DNA of 64,000 nt from a virus: IMG/VR virus record IMGVR_UViG_3300021405_000012, positions 3,855 through 67,854 of that record; one strand, 5' to 3'. The notes below the pieces were generated by a model, which was not told the DNA's origin, did not search any database, and was given only the letters and a program-made list of their open reading frames with translations. The position numbers were made by a program, and so were the translations under genes. Of this stretch, positions 33,754-42,543 are shown piece after piece. The stretch's first letter is position 1; each line of letters starts with the position of its first letter.

Positions 33754-36077
33754 CAGGCTCCTCCTCGGGGTGCTGCCGCAGGCGCAGCGCCCTTACCAGT
33801 CGCTGCGGGGTGGCCCAACGATCCTGCCCAGCCGGGAGCGCCTTCGCTCAGCATCGACTCCGCCTGCACTTCGCCAACATACTGCCGCGCGATGGTCAGA
33901 TACGCCATCAGGGCTTGCCAGTTGGCCGGCTTCTTGCGGCGCTGATCGTAGTTTTTCAGGGCGTAGCGCACCACCGTGGGAATGGTCACCGGAGTCAGAT
34001 AGTCGCGATCGACGTCGCGGTCGGGCTCGACGATGGGCTTCTCGACCGGCTGTCCGGTGGCTTCGTCCTGTCCTGGCACCAGCGGTTGCTGGGCGCCCAT
34101 GATGGTCGAAATGTCTTTCAAAACCTTGTCGCGCGCGACCTGCTCCGGCAGTTCCATGTCGGGCGGCCCCAGGTAGAGCATGGCCTGGCGGCGGTTCTCG
34201 AAGGTGTCAAGCACTTCCATTACCAGCGGGTTTGGCTCTTTGCCGCTGGCCATGCCAACCAGCTCTTTGTAGAGCTGGCGCTGCTGGTCGTAGTCGATGG
34301 GATAGTCCTGATTGGCTTCCGGGCGTGCAATGGCTTTGGCGCGGAGATCGACCAAGCGAATCGGCTCATTCATAAATTCCGGGGTGTCTTCGGATTTCGT
34401 GACCAGGTAGTCGTCTCCCGAGGCGTTTCCGGCAAAGCAGTCAACCGAGAGGTTCGCGCGCAGCGCCCACTCGTTCACTACAGCCTGGTAGTGGCCGCCT
34501 TCGGCGGCGCGGGCGGTATTCAGCGACTGTTGCTGGCCCATGCCGGTTTTGATGTTCTTGTCGGAGCCGCCCCACATCGAAGGATTCACGCCGACCAGCA
34601 CCTGCACCAGCTGGAAGAGTTCCTGCAGCCACTGGTAGACGCCGTTGTCCATCTTGAAGTTGGGCTGCCAGCAGGTGTCTTCGAGTTTGCGTCCAATATC
34701 GCGGTTGGCGGCGACTGGCACCAGCGATCCCGCGGGAAGGTATTTGCCATTGAAGGCATCCCCCCACACAAAGGCGTCGTAGATGATGGGCGGATTGCCG
34801 GCGCGATCGTGAAATTCGTCGATCGAGTTGCCGCGATCGTTGATCCTGTCCTGGAAGTCGAGCGCGGAATGTACCGGCGCCGGAGGATATGCTCCCGCAT
34901 CCTGTTCGGCTCCGCACCAGGTCCACTCTTTGGTGGCTTCCGCTTTGCGGATGTCGAGAATCGAGTTCTCCTGAATCACCGCCATGCAGCCATCGCCGAT
35001 CTTGTCGGCCAGCTTCTGGATTTCCTCTTTCGAGGCATCGAGGCCATAAATCGAGTCGGGATTGAACCACACCCGGTGATAGCTCAGCGTGTTCGGGCAG
35101 ATGACCACTCCGCGCTGGGTGCCGGGCGTGAGGGCGCGGATCTGCGCGATGCGGGTGATTTCGGTGTCGGTGCCGGAAGTGTCGGCGTCGGCGGCGCGCA
35201 GCTTTTCCCAGGCTCCGGGATACATTCGCCGGTAGGCGCCCTTGGTGATCAGGCAGGATAGGTCGATCAGCGGGGTGTTGCCAATCACTCCCGCCCCTTG
35301 CGGCGAGGCCTGTGGCATGACTTCACAGTTGAGGATGTTCCAGGTATCCCAGCGCACCTGGCCGTTCGGGACTTCGCGCTGGCCAGTCTGCACCGGAACC
35401 TTGATGCTCTTGCCGGGATAGAAATTCGCCGAAGTTAACGGACGTCCGCAACCGATGCAGGGCCGCTTCGAGTCAATGCTTTCAAGGTTGGCGGGAGTGG
35501 TCGCGCCGCAGCTGGGGCAGGTGTAGCGGTCGGGCAGAATTTGCTGGTCGGCCCAGCCCATGATGGGTTCGAAGTGCGTCCCGGTAATGGTCTTGTCCAT
35601 CGACCAGCGGGTGTGCGTGAAATACGAGCCGGTCAAAAACAGGTAGTCAAGGCAGAGCGCGAGGAAACCTTTGTCCTGGTTGTCGCCGGCAATCTTGCGG
35701 TAGGCGCGGCCACGGGCCTGGGCGCAGCGGTTGTCGAGATCCGATTCCGAATCTCCCGGCCACCATTCGACCCGCGGCACCGCGCCGCCGAGGTAAGACG
35801 TCCAAACCCGGCGCAGCCATTGGATGATGTTCGCCGTCGACTGATAGATAGCTGCATCGTCGGTGCCCTGCTGAGTGCCTTCCGTCATCCCCGAGGCGGC
35901 ATCGGAGCCAAAGGGGTTGTAGTAAGCGAACGAGAACGGGTCCCAGGAGATGTACTGGTTGCCTTTGTTGTACTCGATGGCCCGCAACACGTCGCGCAGC
36001 TTCATGCGCCGCGGAATCGCCCAGTCTTCGATGTGGCGGCGCCAGATTTTGCAGAGATGGCGTTCGTAAGTCTGCAC
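33753..36077 (-). CDS. Portal protein (true start uncertain; frame open to about 36248)
   Basis: About 770+ aa upstream of scaffold and capsid; KGNQY, N.I, DFQDRIN, P.I..D motifs; zinc-ribbon insert CPSCG..CIGCG. Confidence 0.78.
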   Translation of the reverse strand: MQTYERHLCKIWRRHIEDWAIPRRMKLRDVLRAIEYNKGNQYISWDPFSFAYYNPFGSDAASGMTEGTQQGTDDAAIYQSTANIIQWLRRVWTSYLGGAVPRVEWWPGDSESDLDNRCAQARGRAYRKIAGDNQDKGFLALCLDYLFLTGSYFTHTRWSMDKTITGTHFEPIMGWADQQILPDRYTCPSCGATTPANLESIDSKRPCIGCGRPLTSANFYPGKSIKVPVQTGQREVPNGQVRWDTWNILNCEVMPQASPQGAGVIGNTPLIDLSCLITKGAYRRMYPGAWEKLRAADADTSGTDTEITRIAQIRALTPGTQRGVVICPNTLSYHRVWFNPDSIYGLDASKEEIQKLADKIGDGCMAVIQENSILDIRKAEATKEWTWCGAEQDAGAYPPAPVHSALDFQDRINDRGNSIDEFHDRAGNPPIIYDAFVWGDAFNGKYLPAGSLVPVAANRDIGRKLEDTCWQPNFKMDNGVYQWLQELFQLVQVLVGVNPSMWGGSDKNIKTGMGQQQSLNTARAAEGGHYQAVVNEWALRANLSVDCFAGNASGDDYLVTKSEDTPEFMNEPIRLVDLRAKAIARPEANQDYPIDYDQQRQLYKELVGMASGKEPNPLVMEVLDTFENRRQAMLYLGPPDMELPEQVARDKVLKDISTIMGAQQPLVPGQDEATGQPVEKPIVEPDRDVDRDYLTPVTIPTVVRYALKNYDQRRKKPANWQALMAYLTIARQYVGEVQAESMLSEGAPGWAGSLGHPAATGKGAAPAAAPRGGA

Positions 36078-36238
36078 TTCGCCAAGGTTCTGGGTGCCAA
36101 AGAAGATCAGCTTGTTCTGATCTGGGGTGGTGGTAACCGGGGTGCGGGGCGAGGCTTCAGCGCCATTGCCGCCTTGCCCACTGTTGGCAGCAGGTTGGGG
36201 ACGGCCTTGCGCGTCTAGGATCGGACTGGTTTGGGCAG

Positions 36239-36273
36239 CCGTAAAATTTTACCGGGCTGTAAAGTTTTTACGG
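36239..36273. repeat. AT-rich inverted repeat at the portal 5' end
   Basis: CCGTAAAATTTTAC-CGGGCT-GTAAAGTTTTTACGG. Confidence 0.8.
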
Positions 36274-36298
36274 GGGTGTCAAAACTTCAGCGGCCATG

Positions 36299-36607
36299 TC
36301 AGGGCTTGCGCCGGCTGAGCTTGCGCACCGGATGATCTGGAGGAAACTCCTCGGTGGCCGCCGTGGTGCCGGTGTGGGAGCCATCATCGGCGCCGCCTTC
36401 ATGCTCGGCCAGCAGCTGGTCGATGTGGGCATGTACTTCGTCGCGAGTCTTCGCCAGGTGCGGCTTGGGACTATCGCTGGCCGAGGTGGGCATGGGCGCA
36501 TCGCCACTGCCGCCGGTCTTTGCTGGCATGGCGTGGCGGTGATGGATGCTGTAACCGTTGTCGGCGGTGTCGATGCTGATATGTTCGAGCTTGCCTTTTT
36601 TGCTCAT
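36299..36607 (-). CDS. Small His-rich protein with C-terminal HPVRKLSRR motif
   Basis: GGAGGG RBS; ATG at 36607. Confidence 0.7.
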   Translation of the reverse strand: MSKKGKLEHISIDTADNGYSIHHRHAMPAKTGGSGDAPMPTSASDSPKPHLAKTRDEVHAHIDQLLAEHEGGADDGSHTGTTAATEEFPPDHPVRKLSRRKP

Positions 36608-36626
36608 GCGCAAAACCCTCCGTAGA

Positions 36627-36992
36627 TCAAATCCGGGTGTAGCCGTCCTCGAACGCGGCTGCCGGCGAGAACGAGACATAGCCGTCTTCGTAGATCACGT
36701 AGTACCCGCCGACCTGGGGTTGGTGCTTCTCCATGAAGGATGGCTCGACCTGGAACGGGCCGTAACCCGCATCCTCCGGCGTGATGAGTGTCTTGAGCTT
36801 GGGGCCATGCTCGCGTTCCCATTCGCAGCGCTCACAGGCGTTGCAGGCAGCCTGAAATGCGGACGAGCCTCGGCAGGTCACGCCAACCCATTCCGGCAGC
36901 TTCTCGGTGTCGATCGCCTTGATCTTCAGCGCCCAAACTTTCTTGTGGCACTGGTAGCGGGGCAGAGGCGTGGTTCCGGTGGTGTGAGTCAT
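36627..36992 (-). CDS. Conserved phage protein with GGYYVxYxDGYxSFSP motif
   Basis: LPRYQCHKKVWALKI...KHQPQVGGYYVIYEDGYVSFSPAAAFEDGYTR. Confidence 0.75.
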   Translation of the reverse strand: MTHTTGTTPLPRYQCHKKVWALKIKAIDTEKLPEWVGVTCRGSSAFQAACNACERCEWEREHGPKLKTLITPEDAGYGPFQVEPSFMEKHQPQVGGYYVIYEDGYVSFSPAAAFEDGYTRI

Positions 36993-37001
36993 GGGAAGTT
37001 C

Positions 37002-37451
37002 CTATTGTGCGAGCGCTTTCAGCAGGTCTTTGCTGGCTTCGACCACATCCGCATTCTGGGCGGCGGTCGGGATGACTGCTTCTTTGGCCTCGGCGGGTTC
37101 GGTGCGGCTCACCGGAAACATCGTCCGGCTGAATTCCTGGAGGTTTTGCCGGCTGATGTGATTGGCGATGGCGCGCGGGTTGCGGCTGCCGGTTGCGCGC
37201 ACCGCCCGCGCAATGGGGTCGGTTGGCGCTTCTTCGGGCTCGCGGGTTTCGGCGGGGGCCGCGCCCGGCTTCATCCACTCCGGCCGCACTTCGATCTCAG
37301 GATGGGTTGGAGCGCCTCCCAGCCGCCAGGCAATGAAATTGTTGAGCCGCTCGACTTCCCGCGCCAAGCCCAGCTTCTCCGCCTTCAGCTCGGCGATACG
37401 CTCTTGCGCATCGTTAAAGCGGGACCCGGAGACAAACCACATCAGAGCCAT
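37002..37451 (-). CDS. Hypothetical coiled-coil protein
   Basis: ATG at 37451 overlaps the upstream gene. Confidence 0.65.
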   Translation of the reverse strand: MALMWFVSGSRFNDAQERIAELKAEKLGLAREVERLNNFIAWRLGGAPTHPEIEVRPEWMKPGAAPAETREPEEAPTDPIARAVRATGSRNPRAIANHISRQNLQEFSRTMFPVSRTEPAEAKEAVIPTAAQNADVVEASKDLLKALAQ

Positions 37452-37837
37452 TCCCTGACTTCGACCTGGGTAGCGTTCGCGGTCGCGGAAATCACTTCGC
37501 AGAGCGTGGTCGCGGGGATGGTGTTCCCCGGCTGCGCATTGTCGGCGCGGGCAGCAAAGCCAAGTCCGCGGCCTCCCCACTGCCGGGCCATGGCATCGGA
37601 GTTGCCGAAAGGCAGAATATCGCCCGCAACCAGGCCGCGCGGAGTAAGGAAACCATCGTCAGGCAGGGTGTAATTCAAGCCTTGGGGAGCGTAGTTCGCG
37701 CCATTGAAGGCATTGGCTTTGGGCGGGCATTCCGCGATTTCGACGTAGTGAGCGCCGTTGACGGTGATGGGGATGATGGTAGGCGCGCCGCCGGCGGCGG
37801 CCACCGGGTAGATGGTACGTTTGGGATTCGATGGCAT
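37442..37837 (-). CDS. Hypothetical beta-rich protein (possibly virion)
   Basis: GAGG RBS; composition. Confidence 0.7.
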   Translation of the reverse strand: MPSNPKRTIYPVAAAGGAPTIIPITVNGAHYVEIAECPPKANAFNGANYAPQGLNYTLPDDGFLTPRGLVAGDILPFGNSDAMARQWGGRGLGFAARADNAQPGNTIPATTLCEVISATANATQVEVREWL

Positions 37838-37848
37838 GGTTGCCTCGG

Positions 37849-38040
37849 TTATTTTTTGGGTCTGCGGGAGAGCTGGCGCAGGGGATGCTCGGGCTGATAT
37901 TCCTTGTTGCCGCCTTCAGCCGCGCGTTTCTCGGAGAGCATGATGGCTACGGCTTGCTTCTGATCTTTGACGGGTTCACCAGAGCCGCCGGATTTCAGCG
38001 TCCCAGCTTTCCACTTGTGCATGACCTGGTCGTAGGGCAT
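37849..38040 (-). CDS. DUF6496-like small basic protein with HPLRQLSRR tail
   Basis: VMHKWKAGTLKSGGSGEPVKDQKQAVAIMLSE pattern. Confidence 0.65.
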   Translation of the reverse strand: MPYDQVMHKWKAGTLKSGGSGEPVKDQKQAVAIMLSEKRAAEGGNKEYQPEHPLRQLSRRPKK

Positions 38041-38438
38041 CAGTCTTCGCTGCGGCCGGGGCCGTGCTCCTCGAAACCGGCTGGCTGGTATGGTCTCTTG
38101 AGCTTCTTCATGGTCAGCTTCGCGGTCGCATCGTCGAGCGGCTTGATGAACTGAGGCTGGCTGTCCATCTTCTGCATCGAGTTGGCGGTCTTGTAGTCGC
38201 CAGCATCGAACGCGGTGGCTGCGGCATAGCCCTTGCCGGGCGGACGCGCAGGCTTTGTGACGTCGGTCGGTGCGGTCTCGGTGCGGTCCATGCGCATCGG
38301 CGACTCCGCGCGGTCTGAAGACACAGCCCATTTTGACAGTGGCGGATCGCCGGGGCGGCGCGGGTCATCGGGGTCAGCTCCGCCGGATGATGGACGGCGC
38401 TTGCTTAACGCGCGAAGTGGATGATCGGCAGCAGACAT
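38040..38438 (-). CDS. Disordered hypothetical protein with N-terminal HPLRALSKRR
   Basis: TGATG coupling at both ends. Confidence 0.65.
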   Translation of the reverse strand: MSAADHPLRALSKRRPSSGGADPDDPRRPGDPPLSKWAVSSDRAESPMRMDRTETAPTDVTKPARPPGKGYAAATAFDAGDYKTANSMQKMDSQPQFIKPLDDATAKLTMKKLKRPYQPAGFEEHGPGRSED

Positions 38439-38676
38439 CAGCAGCACACTCCGTACATGCGATTGACTTCCTCGAACGACCGTTTGAAATCGTCCGCAGC
38501 AACCTCTATCGCGAGGCTGCGAAGCAGTTGCCGAGCTTGGTTGTCGGCCATGGTTCGCCGACGTGCGAGTGAGCGAAAAGCCCCTCCCAGGATCATCAGT
38601 CCAATCAGCCCCTCTGTCATGGTGGTGGGGTGTGTCCGCAGATATTCGACCTGCAGGGCGATGATGTCGGCGGTGG

Positions 38677-38970
38677 TTAAGATGCTGCCTCCACGTCGGG
38701 CAGGGGAGCAGTCACCCACTGATCGCCGCGCCAGTAGAGCCGCGCCCGCTCGTACAGCATCCAAGCGCCGGTGGCGGTCTTGTTCCCTCCGGCGCTGCCG
38801 CCGTAGAGATGGTAGGCCTGCCTCAAGTAGAAGCGATCCAGAGAGCACAGCGGATCGGCGATGATGATCTCTTTCGGGAACGACCACACTCGCCCGAGCG
38901 GGATAGCGTGCTCAAGCGCTATCCCGGCCGTGCCTAAGCCGAGCAGCGAAAGAAAGCGCCGGCGGTTCAT
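38677..38970 (-). CDS. Small protein with twin-arginine-like N-terminus
   Basis: MNRRRFLSLLGLGTAGIAL. Confidence 0.6.
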   Translation of the reverse strand: MNRRRFLSLLGLGTAGIALEHAIPLGRVWSFPKEIIIADPLCSLDRFYLRQAYHLYGGSAGGNKTATGAWMLYERARLYWRGDQWVTAPLPDVEAAS

Positions 38971-39233
38971 GGCGTCAATCTTAGCGCGAACTTCTGCATG
39001 ATAAACCAGCCCAATTCCCAGAGCCCCAACCCCCAGCCAATCCAGCCGTAGAGTTTCGATGGCCCTAGCTGCTGCTTGCGGTCATAGAACGGAACGAGTA
39101 TCAGGAAGCCGACAAACAGGTGCGCCAGAGCTTCGTAAGTGCCCTCGAATGAGGGGATGTTGACTAGGCGCGGCGCGATAAAGAATCTGCCGATGGCCAC
39201 AGCCACCGCGAGAACGATGACGAGTTTTTTCAT
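38967..39233 (-). CDS. Small three-TM membrane protein
   Basis: Three hydrophobic segments; ATGA coupling. Confidence 0.65.
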   Translation of the reverse strand: MKKLVIVLAVAVAIGRFFIAPRLVNIPSFEGTYEALAHLFVGFLILVPFYDRKQQLGPSKLYGWIGWGLGLWELGWFIMQKFALRLTP

Positions 39234-39457
39234 TGTCTGCCCACCAGCTTGCGCAGGGGGTGCTCCTTGTTCACGTATTCGCAGGTTCCGCAACTGAATT
39301 TCTGTACGCTTTTGGACTGGGGTTCGAAATAATTGCAACACCCGAGTGTCGTGCTCACTCCGCCGGGCACTGCGACCTTCTCGCAGTCGGCATCTTTCAC
39401 GGCGCCAGCGAGTTCCATGTAGCCAGCGGCTTCTGCGAAGATGCGATGGTCAGCCAC
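39230..39457 (-). CDS. Small Cys-rich protein with HPLRKLVGR tail
   Basis: C..GCC..CGTC; coupled to the next gene. Confidence 0.65.
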   Translation of the reverse strand: MADHRIFAEAAGYMELAGAVKDADCEKVAVPGGVSTTLGCCNYFEPQSKSVQKFSCGTCEYVNKEHPLRKLVGRQ

Positions 39458-39569
39458 GCAGGTGCAACCTCTGCAACTCTTCCGCTGTGGGCGGCAGGAT
39501 CACAATCTTTTCCGCCAAGGCCCGCAAGCGCATTGCCTCAAACCACGCGAGAAAGCGGGCCAGCACATG

Positions 39570-39743
39570 CTACTTCTTGACTCCGAGCCCGGCGGAGCAC
39601 TCGCGGCAGTAGGCGAGCACGGTGTTCGCAGAGACGCAGACGCCAGTCCCACATTTGCCGCAAGGCAGAATCTTGGTCGGGTGCGGCAGCTCCAGGAGGT
39701 TGCTGGGGGCTGGAGCCACGTTCTGGGCACGCTGGAGGCTCAT
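39570..39743 (-). CDS. Small zinc-ribbon protein
   Basis: Manual translation contains CGKCG and CREC; ATGA coupling with def. Confidence 0.5.
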   Translation of the reverse strand: MSLQRAQNVAPAPSNLLELPHPTKILPCGKCGTGVCVSANTVLAYCRECSAGLGVKK

Positions 39744-40213
39744 GCGGTTCGCTCCAGGCAGGTCAGGCCGTCGAGGTGATCGAGTTCGTGCTGAATCGCG
39801 CGCGCGAGCAAGCCCTTGGCCTTCAGCTCGCGGGCGATGCCGAGTTCATCCTGGAAGGCAATCCATACGGTGGCAGCGCGTTCGACCATCATGCGCACGC
39901 CGGGGATGCTGAGGCAGCCTTCCGCCTGGCGCGAGTAGCCTTTCTTGCGCACAATCCATGGATTCACTAAGGCCATGTCCGGCCAGCCGGGCACCGCCAG
40001 CACGGCGATGCGCAGGCCATAGCCGACCTGATTGGCCGCGAGGCCGATCCCGTGGTACCCCTTCTGCTTCATGGTTGCAAACATGTCCATGATGAGCGAG
40101 AAGTAGCGGCGATCAAACTCTACCACCCGCTCGGTCGGAGTCAAGAGTATCGGATGCGGATGCATCACGATTTGCAGGGCGGCACCACTCTTTAGTTCTG
40201 TAACCGGGTTCAT
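39740..40213 (-). CDS. def: Peptide deformylase (short, phage-type)
   Basis: GIGLAANQVG, EGCLS and QHELDHLDG motifs. Confidence 0.93.
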   Translation of the reverse strand: MNPVTELKSGAALQIVMHPHPILLTPTERVVEFDRRYFSLIMDMFATMKQKGYHGIGLAANQVGYGLRIAVLAVPGWPDMALVNPWIVRKKGYSRQAEGCLSIPGVRMMVERAATVWIAFQDELGIARELKAKGLLARAIQHELDHLDGLTCLERTA

Positions 40214-40698
40214 AGCGAGGATTCTACCTCTGCCCAGAACGCTGCGGCGCCTTCGTTTTGGTAAATCTGCCGTGCTTCGTCGTTCGGTGCATTCACGGGG
40301 AAACCGCCGGTGAGCTGAAAATGCGGGGCGTCGACCAGCCGGATCCAGTTCGCACCCGTCGTAAGGCCTAGACTCACGCCTACAGCCTCCATCCGCTTCC
40401 ACTGCGGGTGGGAGGCCTTCCAGTCGATCTCGCCGTTAACTACTTCCGGCTCGCAGTCAACGGCTACCCCAAGGCAATGCCAGCTTTGCCCGCCATCGGC
40501 GTCGGTGACGATGTCGCCGGGCAGGCTGCGGCCTTGTAGAAAAAGTGCGTGCTGTTCAGCCCAGGTGCGTGCGCCGGCGGAAACCACCAGCGCGATCGGC
40601 TCCGGGTCGAGGGCGAGGATCGCCGCCATCTGCCGAATCTTGTCGGCCAGAGCTGGCATGACATCCTGCAAGCGCGCTTCTGAGGCTGGACTAAGCAT
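40210..40698 (-). CDS. Endolysin, M15 family (L-Ala-D-Glu peptidase-like)
   Basis: RTWAEQ..LF.QGR, SWH..G.AVD, DAPHFQL; GGAGG RBS. Confidence 0.88.
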   Translation of the reverse strand: MLSPASEARLQDVMPALADKIRQMAAILALDPEPIALVVSAGARTWAEQHALFLQGRSLPGDIVTDADGGQSWHCLGVAVDCEPEVVNGEIDWKASHPQWKRMEAVGVSLGLTTGANWIRLVDAPHFQLTGGFPVNAPNDEARQIYQNEGAAAFWAEVESSL

Positions 40699-41473
40699 CT
40701 TCCTCCGCGGCGAAATTGAACGGCGCCGACTTGCGCCCGTTCCAGTTCCCTCCAAACTGCGCATTCACCGATTCCAGATGGTAGCCCACCACTTCCGGGA
40801 TCAGCGCACGTTTGGCGCGCGGCCACTGCGCCGCAAACAGCAGGTCGGTACGGCCCGCGTTGTTACTCTCGCCGGGATAGCGCCGCACTTTTGACTGGCC
40901 GGGATGCCACAGCTGAAAAAAGCCGATAGGGATATAGCCGCCAAAATGTTCCTGCATCACCCGTGTGCCTACGGGAAACGCTCCCATGTGAATGTAGGCG
41001 CCGGCTTCCTGCTGCAAGGCGGGCAACTCTTTGAAGCGGTCCCAGGCCCGGAAGCCTTTCACGATGAAGCGGTCGGCGCCATAGACCATGCTGGGATCGA
41101 GGTTGGCGGCTTGCAGCAGTTTCCGGGTGAGCGGTGGCAGCCAGATATCGGCGTCGAGATGCACTACCCAACCCTCCATCGAGAGCGCGGACAGGCCCAC
41201 ATTGATGCCCGAAGCCTTGCAGAACGTCCCCCAGCGCGTGCCCAGCACGTCGGTCGGGACACATTCGACGTGATAGAACTCGCACAGCCGCCGCGTGTCT
41301 TTGTCCTCGGCGGAGGTGACCACCACCATGCGGTCGAATAAATGCTTGTTCTCCGGCAGGGTGTTCCGCAGGAAGTCCGAGTAGTGGTCACACACCACCA
41401 CTGCTTCGAGCCGGAAGTTCGGATCCGGTGCCGGAGCCGGCTGGGGATCGACGTAGGGCTGAGGGGATTCCAT
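40691..41473 (-). CDS. Glycosyltransferase (GT-A fold)
   Basis: K..GIN.GL, WVVHLDADI (DxD motif), GFFQL. Confidence 0.75.
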   Translation of the reverse strand: MESPQPYVDPQPAPAPDPNFRLEAVVVCDHYSDFLRNTLPENKHLFDRMVVVTSAEDKDTRRLCEFYHVECVPTDVLGTRWGTFCKASGINVGLSALSMEGWVVHLDADIWLPPLTRKLLQAANLDPSMVYGADRFIVKGFRAWDRFKELPALQQEAGAYIHMGAFPVGTRVMQEHFGGYIPIGFFQLWHPGQSKVRRYPGESNNAGRTDLLFAAQWPRAKRALIPEVVGYHLESVNAQFGGNWNGRKSAPFNFAAEEDA

Positions 41474-42034
41474 CTACCAGCCCAGTTTCAATCCGCCTGA
41501 GAGGATCACTGCCGAGCTATTGAAGCCGGGCAGGTGGCCGTAACGCAGCTCGAACAAGTTGACGGTGAACTTGCCATTCGAGGTTGGGCTGTAGGCAACC
41601 CCGCCGCCGAGCATCTCGCCGACATTCTGCTTGGTCTTGTTTTCCTGGGAATTGATGCCGGCGCCGATGCTGGCCGTGAAGTAGGGCTGGAACTGGTTCG
41701 GACTCAGTTTGGTCTTCGCAATCTGTTTAGCGAAGAAGCCGGGCGCCCAGTTGAAGCCGCCGAAGTAGCCTTGCCAGCTGGCCGAGGGCGCGAGGATGTT
41801 CTCTTGGCGCAAGGCCACCGTGTTGGTCAGTTGCAGCGTGCCCCCGAAGTCGGCGGCGGCGGTCGAGCCGGAGACTACGTTGCCAATCTGCATCACGCTG
41901 GCGTTGAGCGAGAAGGTGCTGGTCGGAGTCACGGTCACCGGGGCCTGGGCCGGAGGCGGCGTGGGTACGGTGGTTTGGGCGATCGCCGGCACCAGGCCAG
42001 CGAACAGGACAAGCAGGCGGACAAAGTTCTTCAT
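41474..42034 (-). CDS. Outer-membrane beta-barrel-like protein
   Basis: Signal peptide; alternating amphipathic strands; C-terminal GGLKLGW. Confidence 0.65.
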   Translation of the reverse strand: MKNFVRLLVLFAGLVPAIAQTTVPTPPPAQAPVTVTPTSTFSLNASVMQIGNVVSGSTAAADFGGTLQLTNTVALRQENILAPSASWQGYFGGFNWAPGFFAKQIAKTKLSPNQFQPYFTASIGAGINSQENKTKQNVGEMLGGGVAYSPTSNGKFTVNLFELRYGHLPGFNSSAVILSGGLKLGW

Positions 42035-42094
42035 CGCATTCTCCTTAAAGGTTGTGAATGGTGCTGCTTAGAGTTGACAAAAGACGTGCCACAT

Positions 42095-42316
42095 TCAGCG
42101 CGGGCAGCGCAGGACGGTGTTGCCGCTGCGGGCGTCGATTTCGATATCGAATTTGTCGCAGGCACAGCTCACGATGGCGAGGCCGGGATCGAGACGGCAA
42201 TCCTGCAAATGCACCGCGCCCAGCCGTCCCGCCGGCAGGTTCATGGTCACCCGCTTGGCGGCGCAGCCCAACAACAGCAGCCCAAGAGCGGCGGCGGCGG
42301 TCAGACGCAAGCCCAC
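42095..42316 (-). CDS. Small lipoprotein
   Basis: LLLLGC lipobox. Confidence 0.6.
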   Translation of the reverse strand: MGLRLTAAAALGLLLLGCAAKRVTMNLPAGRLGAVHLQDCRLDPGLAIVSCACDKFDIEIDARSGNTVLRCPR

Positions 42317-42318
42317 GG

Positions 42319-42540
42319 TTAGCCTTGAGCGGCGCGGGCCACGCTGACGTTCGCAGCCTGTGGGCCTTTTGGGCCCTGGACTACGTCGAAGGTGACTTCA
42401 TCGTTCTCGGCCAGGCTTTTGTAGTCGCCCTGCTGGGCGTCGATGGCGGTGTAATGCACGAAGATGTCCTTGCCGCCCTCGGCGGGGCTGATGAAGCCGT
42501 AGCCCTTGGAATTGTTGAACCATTTCACGCTACCTTGCAT
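42319..42540 (-). CDS. csp: Cold-shock protein
   Basis: [15 protein letters not shown] (RNP1), DIFVHY (RNP2), [10 protein letters not shown]. Confidence 0.95.
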   Translation of the reverse strand: MQGSVKWFNNSKGYGFISPAEGGKDIFVHYTAIDAQQGDYKSLAENDEVTFDVVQGPKGPQAANVSVARAAQG

Positions 42541-42543
42541 AGA

